Shown here in pieces: positions 12,301-23,051 of a stretch of DNA of 64,000 nucleotides. Under the pieces are notes generated by a model, which was not told the origin of the DNA, searched no databases, and saw only the letters and a list, made by a program, of their open reading frames with translations. A program made the translations under genes and the position numbers. The stretch is from Emiliania huxleyi CCMP1516 (lineage: Eukaryota), in NCBI RefSeq assembly GCF_000372725.1, contig NW_005201191.1, positions 92,745 to 156,744 on the forward strand. Reading direction: 5' to 3'. Positions within the stretch are counted from its first letter, which is position 1, and each line of letters starts with the position of its first letter.

Positions 12301-14625
12301 CGCTCGGCGCTCTCGGCACGGCCTCCGCCGTCGCCTCGACTCGTACCGTCAGCTAGGCAGAGCCAGCCAACGCGCAGGCGCTGCCTTCGCGCCCTCGGCA
12401 CGGCGGCTCGACGCCCCTCCGCCGGGCTTCGGGCACGTGAACGCAGCCTCGCGGCCGCGGCGGCGGCAGCCAGGCTGCTCGCCTCGACATGGCTCGGGCC
12501 GGCGCCATCGTGGCCGCCGCCATCGCCATCGTTCCGTCTTTCTCCTACCGTCTCACGACTCGCCCACCGACACGCTGCTCGCGCGTCGTCGTGTGTGGCG
12601 TCGAGCGGGCGCCCTCGCCAGCCGCCATGCTCCCCCGTAGCGCTGCCTCGCAGGCAGCGCCGAGCCTCGCGGGCACGTAGCCCCGTTCGGCGCTCTCAGC
12701 ACGGCCTCCGCCGTCGCCTCGACTCGTAGCGTCAATTAGGCAGCGCCAGCCAACGCGCAGGCGCTGCCGTCGCGCCCTCGGCACGGCGGCTCGACGCCCC
12801 TCCGCCGGGCCTCGGGCACGTGAACGCGGCCTCGCGGCCGCGGCGGCGGCAGCCAAGCTGCTCGCCTCGACATGGCTCGGGCCGGCACCAGCGTGGCCGC
12901 CGCCATCCGCCATCGTCCCGTTTTCCACCTGCCGTCTCACGATTCGCCCGCCGACACGCTGCTCGCGCGTCGTCGTGTGTGGCGTCGAGCGGGCGCCCTC
13001 GCCGGCCGCCACGCTCCCCCCTAGCGCTGCCTCGCAGGCAGCGCCGAGCCTCGCGGGCACGTCTCCCTGCTCGGCGCTCTCGGCACGGCCTCCGCCGTCG
13101 CCGCGACTCGTACCGTCCGTTAGGCAGAGCCAGCCAACGCGCAGGCGCTGCCTTCGCGCCCTCGGCACGGCGGCTCGACGCCCCTGCCGGGCCTCGGGCA
13201 CGCGAACGCAGCCTCGCGGCTGCGGCGGCGGCAGCCAAGCTGCTCGCCTCGACATGGCTCGGGCCGGCGCCATCGTGGCCGCCGCCATCGCCATCGTCCC
13301 GTTTTCCACCTACCGTCTCACGATTCGCCCACCGACACGCTGCTCGCGCGTCGTCGTGTGTGGCGTCGAGCGGGCGCCCTCGCCGGCCGCCACGCTCCCC
13401 CCTAGCGCTGCCTCGCAAGCAGCGCCGAGCCTCGCGGGCACGTAGCCCCGCTCCGCTCGGCGCTCTCGGCACGGCCTCCGCCGTCGCCTCGACTCGTACC
13501 GTCAATTAGGCAGCGCCAGCCAACGCGCAGGCGCTGCCCTCGTGCCCTCGGCACGGCGGCTCGACGCCCCTCCGCCGGGCCCCGGGCACGCGAACGCAGC
13601 CTCGCGGCTGCGGCGGCGGCAGCCAGGCTGCTCGTGTCGACATGGCTCGGGCCGGCGCCAACGTGGCCGCCGCCATCGCCATCGTTCCGTCTTTCGCACC
13701 GTCTCACGATTCGCCCACCGACACGCTGCTCGCGCGTCGTCGTGCGTGGCGCCGAGCGGGCGCCCTCGCCGGCCGCCACGCTCCCCCCTAGCGCTGCCTC
13801 GCAGGCAGCGCCGCGCCTCGCGGGCACGTAGCCCCGCTCGGCGCTCTCGGCACGGCCTCCGCCGTCGCCCCGACTCGTACCGTCCGTTAGGCAGAGCCAG
13901 CCAACGCGCAGGCGCTGCCTTCGCGCCCTCGGCACGGCGGCTCGACGCCCCTGCCGGGCCTCGGGCACGCGAACGCAGCCTCGCGGCTGCGGCGGCGGCA
14001 GCCAAGCCGCTCGCCTCGACATGGCTCGGGCCGGCGCCATCGTGGCCGCCGCCATCGCCATCGTCCCGTTTTCCACCTACCGTCTCACGATTCGCCCACC
14101 GACACGCCGCTCGCGCGTCGTCGTGTGTGGCGTCGAGCGGGCGCCCTCGCCGGCCGCCACGCTCCCCCCTAGCGCTGCCTCGCAAGCAGCGCCGAGCCTC
14201 GCGGGCGCGTAGCCCCGCTCCGCTCGGCGCTCTCGGCACGGCCTCCGCCGTCGCCTCGACTCGTACCGTCAATTAGGCAGCGCCAGCCAACGCGCAGGCG
14301 CTGCCCTCGTGCCCTCGGCACGGCGGCTCGACGCCCCTCCGCCGGGCCCCGGGCACGCGAACGCAGCCTCGCGGCTGCGGCGGCGGCAGCCAGGCTGCTC
14401 GCTTCGACATGGCTCGGGCCGGTGCCAACGTGGCCGCCGCCATCGCCATCGTTCCGTCTTTCGCACCGTCTCACGATTCGCCCGCCGACACGCTGCTCGC
14501 GCGTCGTCGTGCGTGGCGTCGAGCGGGCGCCCTCGCCGGCCGCCACGCTCCCCCTAGCGCTGCCTCGCAGGCAGCGCCGAGCCTCGCGGGCATGTAGCCC
14601 CGCTCGGCGCTCTCGGCACGGCTTC
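9395..14625. repeat. Tandem array of ~14 copies of a ~383 bp GC-rich unit inside the element
   Basis: The anchor ATGGCTCGGGCC recurs at ~9429, 9811, 10196, 10576, 10959, 11342, 11723, 12106, 12489, 12872, 13254, 13642, 14021 and 14409. Confidence 0.95.
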
Positions 14626-16470
14626 CTGCTGTAGCTCCTCGCTCGCCTGCGACGCCTGTGGAGTGCGCTCGTATCGGTAGAGGAGCGGCAGTGCGAGACC
14701 CGCCGCTCCTCTACCTCACGACATGAGAAAGAAGCACGAACCTTCACCTTGTGAGACCGGCAGTGGAGAGCCCCTCCCGCCTTCCCGATCTACGGGCCGC
14801 CAGTGGCGATAACGGCCGCCGCTCGGCCTCGACGGACAACCCGAGTGAAGGCGAAACGCCATATCGCCGCGACGCCGCCGACGGCCGAGGACGAGTCCGA
14901 ATGGGACCGTCACTCACTCAATTTGGGGATCCTCCACGCGCTGCGCTACGCTTCGGAGTCGCTCACCCCGGGATCGCTCCTTCCCTCGCTCCGGTGATTG
15001 GGGAAACTCTGAGCTCCCTCCGCGTACGCTACGCTCCCTTCGGAGAGAGCCCCAGAGTCTTACCGCGCTCCGGATCCTCTTTAGCCCATCTCTGAGAGTT
15101 TGAGTGACTGGCTAGAGACGACGACGACGATACAGTTCATGATAAACAAACTTTAGTTTGTGCTAGTGAACTGAGGAGAAGCGGGTCGAGCCTCGGCGCA
15201 GAGGGCAGCGCCTAGCGGGCGGGAACCCTTACCCCGCGCCCGTCGCTGCCCGCCGCTTTGTGCGCGGGACCTCCGAGCGCCACGAGGCTCATGACACAGC
15301 TCCCGACGAGCGTCGGCTCCTGCTCAGACAGGCGCCAACCTATCAGTTCTCAAAGCGACCCACCACCATCCCTCATCTACCGCCCGACCGAATCGCATTC
15401 GTCTCTTGCGAGTTCCTCTTGCTCTAAGAGGTTCCAGAGAACGGGGAAACTCTGAGCTCCCTCCGCGTACGCTACGCTCCCTTCGGAGAGAGCCCCAGAG
15501 TCTTACCGCGCTCCGGATCCTCTTTAGCCCATCTCTGAGAGTTTGAGTGACTGGCTAGAGACGACGACGACGATACAGTTCATGGGCATCGCAGCCCACA
15601 ATACCGCCACAGATAGTTACGATTGCTCCGCCAGCCGCACAATCCGAGGGCATAACGGCGACAGCGGCGGCTCGTGCCCTGACCCTTGCGAAGAGTGGAT
15701 CTCAATGGATTTGACTAGCCTCTCTGGTGTCTACACGGTGGACCTGGTGGCTACCTTCTTTACCGGCGCCGGCGGGCCAAACTCTCCGATCCGGTCCCCG
15801 TCGACATGGTCGTCTCATCCTCAGACTATGCGAAAACCGCTCCTGGCCGCATTGGCATCAATAGCCCACATGCCACCGGAGTAACCTTGAGCCAAGAGGT
15901 CGATGCGCGGGTCTGAATGCCCCGCTCCACCAACATCAAACCCCAAATAGACTCCTGCCCGCTGGACGTGCCCTTCGCCGTACCAAATGGGCTGCGCTAA
16001 ACCGAGGTCGTTCGATGTGCAGACTCGCTCGATGAAGAGCGCACGCAGGCGCACAGCGACTGCGGGCGGGACGCGGCAAGGGTCTCTCTGAACAGATATC
16101 AAATGTGACTTGCATGTCCTAGCGTACTAGGGACCCTAGAGCCTAGTACCGTACAGTACTTTTGTCTCAAAAAAAGGTTGCCGCTTGCAGGCAAGGCGCA
16201 GAGGAGCCGCCGCGTATAGGTAAAGTATGTCTAGGAAGGGGAGTGCGCTCTCCACGTCGCACGTGAGGATTCCGCGGGGTTCTCGAGTGGACGTCATCAT
16301 TCTATCGGACTTCCAAATGCCTGACATCGGCCTGTGTGTGAGACTGGTGAGCTACCGGGGTATGTATGTATCTGAGGTGAAGAACGGTCAGCTCGGACTG
16401 TGCCACCGGCGTTTGGGAGTCGGTTTGTTGGGCCGCAGCAGCGTGAACGAGGTTTTTTCCCTGCGAAGGC

Positions 16471-19413
16471 ATGCTGCCGCGATCGCGGTGGATCGCTCGC
16501 GCATTCGGCTGTGCGGCCCCGCTGTCGACCCTGCCCCGCAGCCACAGCACCCGCGCTGCCTGCGACGGCCTGGCCTTCAGGCGGCCGCGTCGCAGGGGAG
16601 CGATTCACAAGTGGCACCCGCCCTCTGTGGAGAAGGCAGAGATGCTTCTGGCGGAGATGCACGCCATCGCAGCCTCGCTGCCAGTCGAGCACGCGGCTCG
16701 CGCTGCCGACACCTCCGCCGCCGTCGCCTCCTCTTCTGTCTCCGTCGCCTCCGATAGTGCTGCGGACCGTGCAGCCTCTGAGCTCAGTGGCGACCTTTGG
16801 CTGGCTGCGGAGGCGCTGCTGCACCGCATCGAGGAGGAGGGTGAGCCACTGCAGCCGCTGCTCCGCCGGCTGACCGCCCTCTTCCGCGAGTCGTCCCGCG
16901 CCATGGTCCTCGGCTCGACACAGCTCAAGCTCGTCGGCGCGGTCCTCGCCTCCCTCCCTGCCTCGGCCGAGCCCGCCTCGGGTGTCGATCTTCGATCCGA
17001 AAAGGGCCTCCGCAGCAGCAGCGGTGGTGGTGGTGGGTGCGAGCGGGTCGCACACCCGGAGGCCCGCGCCTGCCTGAACGCCGCCTTGCACATGATTGGC
17101 TCCGCGGGCGTGCCGCGCGTCGCAGCGGCCGCCCACGAGGCTGCCGACCACCCCGCAGCCCCATCCGCCGCCGCGCCGCGCCGGCTAGCCTCCTCCGGGC
17201 TTGCCGTAGGCGGCGCTCGCACGCGGGCTGAGGCCCGACGGGCGGACCTACCACGCACTGCTCCGCGCGCACGCGCGCGCCGGTGACGTGGCCCGGCTGA
17301 GGGCGGTGGCGGAGGAGGCGCGCAGCCGAGGCTTCGCCGTCGAGGCGGAGCCGTCGGTGGTGACGACCATGCTGAGCGGATGCGCCGCGGCACGCGACGC
17401 GGCGGAGGCGAGCGCGGTCTTCGAGGCGAGCCTCGCCGCCGGCCTGCAGCCCGACCGGATCGTCTACAACGCGCTCTCCCACGCCTACGCTGTGGGCGGC
17501 GAGGTCGAGGGCGCAATTCAGGCGAGAGAGGGGAGAGGCTGAAGATGCGCGGAGATGCGCGGAGATCTGGGGAGATTACACCGTGAGTGGCACGCCAGGC
17601 GTTTGAGCGCGGCCGCGCTCTGCCGCGGCGGGGCAGCGGCGACGCGCGAGACGCGGCCACCGCCGTCGCTATTTTGCTCGATGCGCTGATCGTCGCCGAC
17701 GAGCCACGGCGTGCCATCGGCCTCTTCTCGCCGCTCTTCTAGGAACCTTCTTGGGACGTTCTACGAGCCTTCTCGTACAGGCGCGCCATCGAGCTCTTCT
17801 CGCTGCTCGCCGCGGAGGGCGACGGCGCCATGAGACACGCCGAGACGCGATGAGACACGATGAGACACGCCTCCGCCTCCGCTCGCTGCCACCGACCCGA
17901 GAGTGGGCCTGTCGACACGTCTCTTCCACACACCTCTCCTCAGGAGGCATGCCCTTGCTACTTGGTTGGACGGGCCGTCCTCGAGGCTCTTCTAGGAACC
18001 TTCTAGGGGCCTTCTAGGAGCCTTCTAGGAGCCTTCTAGGCGTCCCCGCGAGGCCAGAGCCTTACCTCGCCCTTCTCCGCGCCCACGCGGCGGCGGTGCG
18101 CTCCTGCGGCGCCGGGCCGCGCCGGCGGGCCGTGCAGGCGAGGGAGCTCGAGAGGCGAGCACACGCACCGGCGGCGGCTGGGACACCACAGAGGTACGGC
18201 ACACGGCCCGGCGGCGGCTGGGACACCGCAGACTCGTCCAAGAGGCCGCTAGCGATGGAGAGGCGGTGTGCGCTGGAGCGACACAGAGGCAAGACACAGA
18301 GACACAGAGACACAAGAGACACACAGACACACAGACTCACAGACCAGAGCACCCCGCAGGCGGCGCGCGCCGCCGAGGCACACGAGGTGCTCCAGCTCGC
18401 CGCGCGCGCCGGTGTGTGTCCGACCATCGGCGCCGTCAACGGTCTGATTGCCGTGCACGCCGAGGCGGCGGATGCCGCCGGCGCGCTCGCGGCATATGAG
18501 CGTTGGTGCTGCGCGCCGATGCGACCGAACCGCGGCACACTCGACGCGCTGCTTCGCGCGTGCGTGCGAGGCCGCGCTGCCGAGCTGAGCGGGAGGGTGT
18601 GGCGGACCCTGCTCCCCGCCACCCGCCGCTGCTGGCTCCCTCCCCCCTCCTCCCATTGCCCGTGCCGCCTGCTCCTCCTCCCCGAGGCTGCTTGTACTGC
18701 CCATGTCGCTCGCTCTGCTCTCTCACCTCTGCCTCTGCCTCTGCCTCTGCCGCTGCCCTCCTTCTGCCGCGCAGGTCTGCCGACTCGCCGCCGAGCACGA
18801 CCTCCCGTTTGGAGACCGGCTGCACGCGCAGCTCGTTCTCGCGCACACGGCCACGGTGGACGCCGCCGCCGGCAGCCGCCGCCGGGCGGTGATGAAGGCG
18901 GCGATCCGCCACTTCGAGGCGGGCTCGCCTTCATCTCGGCGAATCTCGGCGAATCTCGGCGAATCTCGGCGAATCTCGGCTAATCGCGGCTAATCGCGGC
19001 TAATCGCGGCTCATCGCGGCTAACCCGCCCTTTCGAGGCGGGCTCGGAGCGCGGCGTGCGGTGGAGCGGCGCGGCGTGCCGCGAGCTGCTGCGCGTCTGC
19101 GCGGAGCACGGGCACGAGGGCGACCCTTCTAGGAACCTTCTCGGAACCTTCTAGGAACCTTCTAGGCGCGGAGCACGGGCGCGAGGTCGACGTGACGCGG
19201 CTGTTTGAGCGGATGCAGGCGGGCGGCGGCGACGCGGGGCTGGCGGCGGTGACTGCGCTGATGGAGGAGTACCACCGCGACGGCAAGGTGGACGACGTTG
19301 CAATGGCGCTGTGGAGGAGGGCGGACGAGCAGCAGGGCGCGCGGCTGGGGGAGGAGGAGGAGGGGGCGGAGGACGAGGGGTGGGAGTGGTCGGCGTCAAG
19401 CGAGAGGACGTGA
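16471..19413 (+). CDS. Multi-exon PPR-like helical-repeat protein, probably organelle-targeted; exon structure not resolved
   Basis: PPR-like segments EPSVVTTMLSGC...GLQPDRIVYNALSHAYAVGGEVEGA and CPTIGAVNGLIAVHA. Arg/Ser-rich N-terminus. Repeat-filled introns. Confidence 0.6.
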
Positions 19414-19766
19414 GCTCTTTCGACTGTCATTCAGCACACACTTGGGTTTTGCTGTGGTGTGTTTGTGTGTGTGTGTGTATGTGTGTGTGTGTGGGGGGGG
19501 GTGTCCGGCAGTCGCTTCTCTGGGGGCGCGCGGGGACCCCCGGCCTACACCGTGTGCCGCGGGCGGCGCGGGCGCCGCGGCGCAGTGACCAGTCCGGTAT
19601 GTGCGGCTCCTCCGTTAAATTCGTTCCTCCGAGCTTGAGACCCCCTCGATAGGGAAAAGAAGAAACTGTCGCCGCTCGCCGGCCAGAGCCAAAAAAAATC
19701 ATGCGCGGGAACGTGCACATTGATTTCTTTTTTAGGGCGGAGTAAAAAGCCGTATGCGTACGTCCT

Positions 19767-22726
19767 GTGATTTTGGTGAACGTCTCGCTGAGCCTGGTCC
19801 CGCTCAGAGGCGGCGGGCCCGGCTTCAAGAGGCCTCGCGACGAGTCGCCCGGTCAGAAGAGCTGGCGGCGCGCTGAGTCTTGCTGGCGTGACGAGCAAAG
19901 ACGGCGCGACGAGCCGCGATGGCGCGACGAGCCGCGATGGCGCGACGAGCGCCCGCCGCCGCCGCCACGGTTGGCGCCTCAGCCGCCTCCGGGCGGTCCG
20001 TCGCCCCTGCCACCGCCGCCGAGGACAGGCGGTCCGCCGCAGTCGCCCTCACGCCGGCCAAATCCGGCAGTGCGCAACGAGCCGCCCTCATCTGGCGGCT
20101 CTGCTGCCGGTGGTCAGCTCAATGCCAAGCTACTCAACGGCCACATCTCGCATGCCAGCAACGCTGACGAGCTGCTTTCGCTCTGCGCTGCCAACAGCAC
20201 GAGGTTGAATTACATCCACGCTGCGAACCTGTGGAACAAACTTGGCAAGCAGCGCATCGAGCGGCGGCACGAGGAGCAGCTGGAGCGGCTGGTGAAGCGC
20301 ACGCTCGATCTCATACCGTCATGCGAAGCACGCAACCTGGCAAACATCGCTCACGGTGCGGCCAAGTGCCGGCTACCAGTGAGTGTGGTGCGCTCGCTCT
20401 ACGCGGCGGTGGCGGAGGCGGCGGTGCGCGGCGGGCTGGCTGGCTTCAACCCTCAGGCCCTGGCCAACACGGTGTGGTCGTATGCGACAGCGGGTGTGGC
20501 TGCAGACGCACTGTACGCGGCGGTGGCGGAGGCGGCGGTGCGCGGCGGGCTGGCTGGCTTCAACCCGCAGGACTTGTCCAACACGGTGTGGGCGTATGCG
20601 ACAGCGGGCGTGGCTGCAGACGCGCTGTACGCGGCGGTGGCGGAGGCGGCGGTGCGCGGCTGGCTGGCTGGCTTCAAACCGCAGGCCCTGTCCATCACGG
20701 TGTGGGCGTATGCGACAGCGGGCGTGGCTGCAGACGCTCTGTACGCGGCGGTGGCGAAGGCGGCGGTGCGCGGCGGGCTGGCTGGCTTCAACCCTCAGAA
20801 CCTGGCCAACACGGTGTGGGCGTATGCGACAGCGGGCGTGGCTGCAGACGCTCTGTACGCAGCGGTGGCGGAGGCGGCGGTGCGCAGCGGGCTGGCTGGC
20901 TCAACCCTCAGAACCTGGCCATGACGGTGTGGGCATATGCGACGGCGGGCGTGGCTGCAGACGCGCTGTACGCGGCGGTGGCGGAGGCGGCGGTGCGCAG
21001 CGGGCTGGCTGGCTTCAACCCGCAGGCCCTGGCCATGACGGTGTGGGCGTATGCGACAGCGGGCGTGGCTGCAGACGCGCTGTACGCGGCGGTGGCGGAG
21101 GCGGCGGTGCGCAGCGGGCTGGCTGGCTTCAACCCGCAGGCCCTGGCCAACACGGTGTGGTCGTATGCGACAGCGGGTGTGGCTGCAGACGCGCTGTACG
21201 CGGCGGTGGCGGAGGCGGCGGTGCGCAGCGGGCTGGCTGGCTTCAACGCTCAGAACCTGGCCAACATGGTGTGGGCGTATGCGACAGCGGGCGTGGCTGC
21301 AGACGCGCTGTACGCGGCGGTGGCGGAGGCGGCGGTGCGCGGCTGGCTGGCTGGCTTCAAACCGCAGGCCCTGTCCATCACGGTGTGGGCGTATGCGACA
21401 GCGGGCGTGGCTGCAGACGCTCTGTACGCGGCGGTGGCGAAGGCGGCGGTGCGCGGCGGGCTGGCTGGCTTCAACCCTCAGAACCTGGCCAACACGGTGT
21501 GGGCGTATGCGACAGCGGGCGTGGCTGCAGACGCTCTGTACGCAGCGGTGGCGGAGGCGGCGGTGCGCAGCGGGCTGGCTGGCTTCAACGCTCAGAACCT
21601 GGCCATGACGGTGTGGGCGTATGCGACAGCGGGCGTGGCTGCAGACGCTCTGTACGCGGCGGTGGCGGAGGCGGCGGTGCGCAGCGGGCTGGCTGGCTTC
21701 AACCCTCAGAACCTGGCCATGACGGTGTGGGCATATGCGACGGCGGGCGTGGCTGCAGATGCGCTGTACGCGGCGGTGGCGGAGGCGGCGGTGCGCGGCG
21801 GGCTGGCTGGCTTCAACCCGCAGGCCCTGGCCATGACGGTGTGGGCGTATGCGACAGCGGGCGTGGCTGCAGACGCACTGTACGCGGCGGTGGCGGAGGC
21901 GGCGGTGCGCGGCGGGCTGGCTGGCTTCAAACCGCAGGCCCTGGCCAACACGGTGTGGTCGTATGCGACAGCGGGTGTGGCTGCAGACGCGCTGTACGCG
22001 GCGGTGGCGGAGGCGGCGGTGCGCAGCGGGCTGGCTGGCTTCAACGCTCAGAACCTGGCCAACATGGTGTGGGCGTATGCGACGGCGGGCCACTACCACC
22101 AGGTGCTACTAGCCGATTGCTCGCGCGTTATCAGCGACTCGCTCGCGCAGAATCCGTCGAGGTGGAGCGAGAACGACCGCTCTCAGCTGCACCAGTGGCA
22201 GCTCTGGCTCTTCCTGGAACGCGGCGCAGAAGAGCAGCAGCATCTCCTCTCGGACTCCCAGCGCCTGCTTTTTCGCGAGGCCATGCAGATGAACGTAGCT
22301 CGCCCCTCTGGTTTGCAGCGTTCGGTCTCGGATGCCCTTAGCGCCGTCCGGTCCGGCTTCGAGGAAGAGCATCTTGAGCCGCGCACCGGCTACTCGCTCG
22401 ATCTGGCGCTGCCCTCGTCACGCATCGCGATCGAGGTGGACGGCCCGTCTCACTTCCTGCTGCCTGACAGCCAAGGCGTGCGCGCGCCCAACGGCCCAAC
22501 GAAGCTCAAGCGGCGCCTCCTCGCCGCGGCTGGCTGGAGGGTGATCAGCGTTCCATTCTATGAGTGGGACGGCTTGAACACAGCCAATGAGCGTCAAGCC
22601 TACTTGGAGCGAGCGGTCGGCTCGCTCGATGCGGCAGCGCCACAGGCACCACCGGAAGGATGTACCTCGCTCCCCAGCTGCAGCAGCCCCTCGCTCCCCA
22701 GCCCGGTCCAGCAGCCTGAACGCTAG
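19767..22726 (+). CDS. OPR-type (38-aa) repeat protein with a C-terminal RAP domain; 1-nt frameshift at ~20900; true start uncertain
   Basis: 15 repeats like FNPQALANTVWAYATAGVAADALYAAVAEAAVRGGLAG. RAP motifs: GYSLDLA...IAIEVDGPSHF...TKLKRRLLAAAGWRVISVPFYEW. Confidence 0.88.
20445..22090 (+). repeat. 114-bp coding tandem repeat, 14 full units plus one partial
   Basis: Units start at 20445 and recur every 114 bp to 22040, with one base missing in unit 5. Confidence 0.97.
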
Positions 22727-23051
22727 TCGCGGTGTGAGAGGACCGTTGTTCGCGCATACGGCTTTTTGTGGACAGTGGAGCCCCCGCTCGCACGATGTCG
22801 CAAGGCGCCCGCAACGGTCTCGACACTCGAGCGCGAATGCGGAATGGTCATTCCGCTGGCATATCTTGCGAACGGATCGAAGCGCAAAAAGGACAGTCTT
22901 TGAGGGGGCGGCGTGAAATGCCAGAATTACAAAATGTGTGTCCACGCACCCGACAAACACAACACCGAAGTCTCTTGTATGATCACACCTCGGCCAAATT
23001 TTGTGGCGCCACGCCTGCACCCTCGCCCGCTGACCACCCGCGCCCCCCACA

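Larger units (their letters stand above)
7244..15584 (+). mobile_element. Split-direct-repeat (A1...B1-A2-spacer-B2) element of tyrosine-recombinase retrotransposon type (Ngaro/PAT/TOC1-like), apparently non-autonomous
   Basis: A1 7244-7460 matches A2 15142-15358 (217 bp). B1 15000-15141 matches B2 15443-15584 (142 bp). TTCATG occurs at the left junction (7238-7243), the B1/A2 junction (15136-15141) and the right end (15579-15584). Confidence 0.85.
6290..15884 (+). pseudogene. Ser/Pro-rich extracellular-type protein gene interrupted by the 8.3 kb element; 5' part ~6290-7243, 3' part 15585-15884
   Basis: Has SPPPP tracts and a Cys module (GGWGGTCTCPDG...CASLACVGG). Deleting 7244-15584 restores the frame: SSPLG-F-M-GIAAHNTATDSYDC. 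Confidence 0.7.

Noticed and set aside
9395..14625. CRISPR-like repeat-spacer array or coding repeat
   Set aside because: The variable parts are related variants rather than unique spacers, there are no cas genes, and the unit length breaks any frame.
16116..16148. Hairpin plus CTAG resembling a Helitron 3' end
   Set aside because: It is short, with no matching 5' end or Rep/helicase gene.
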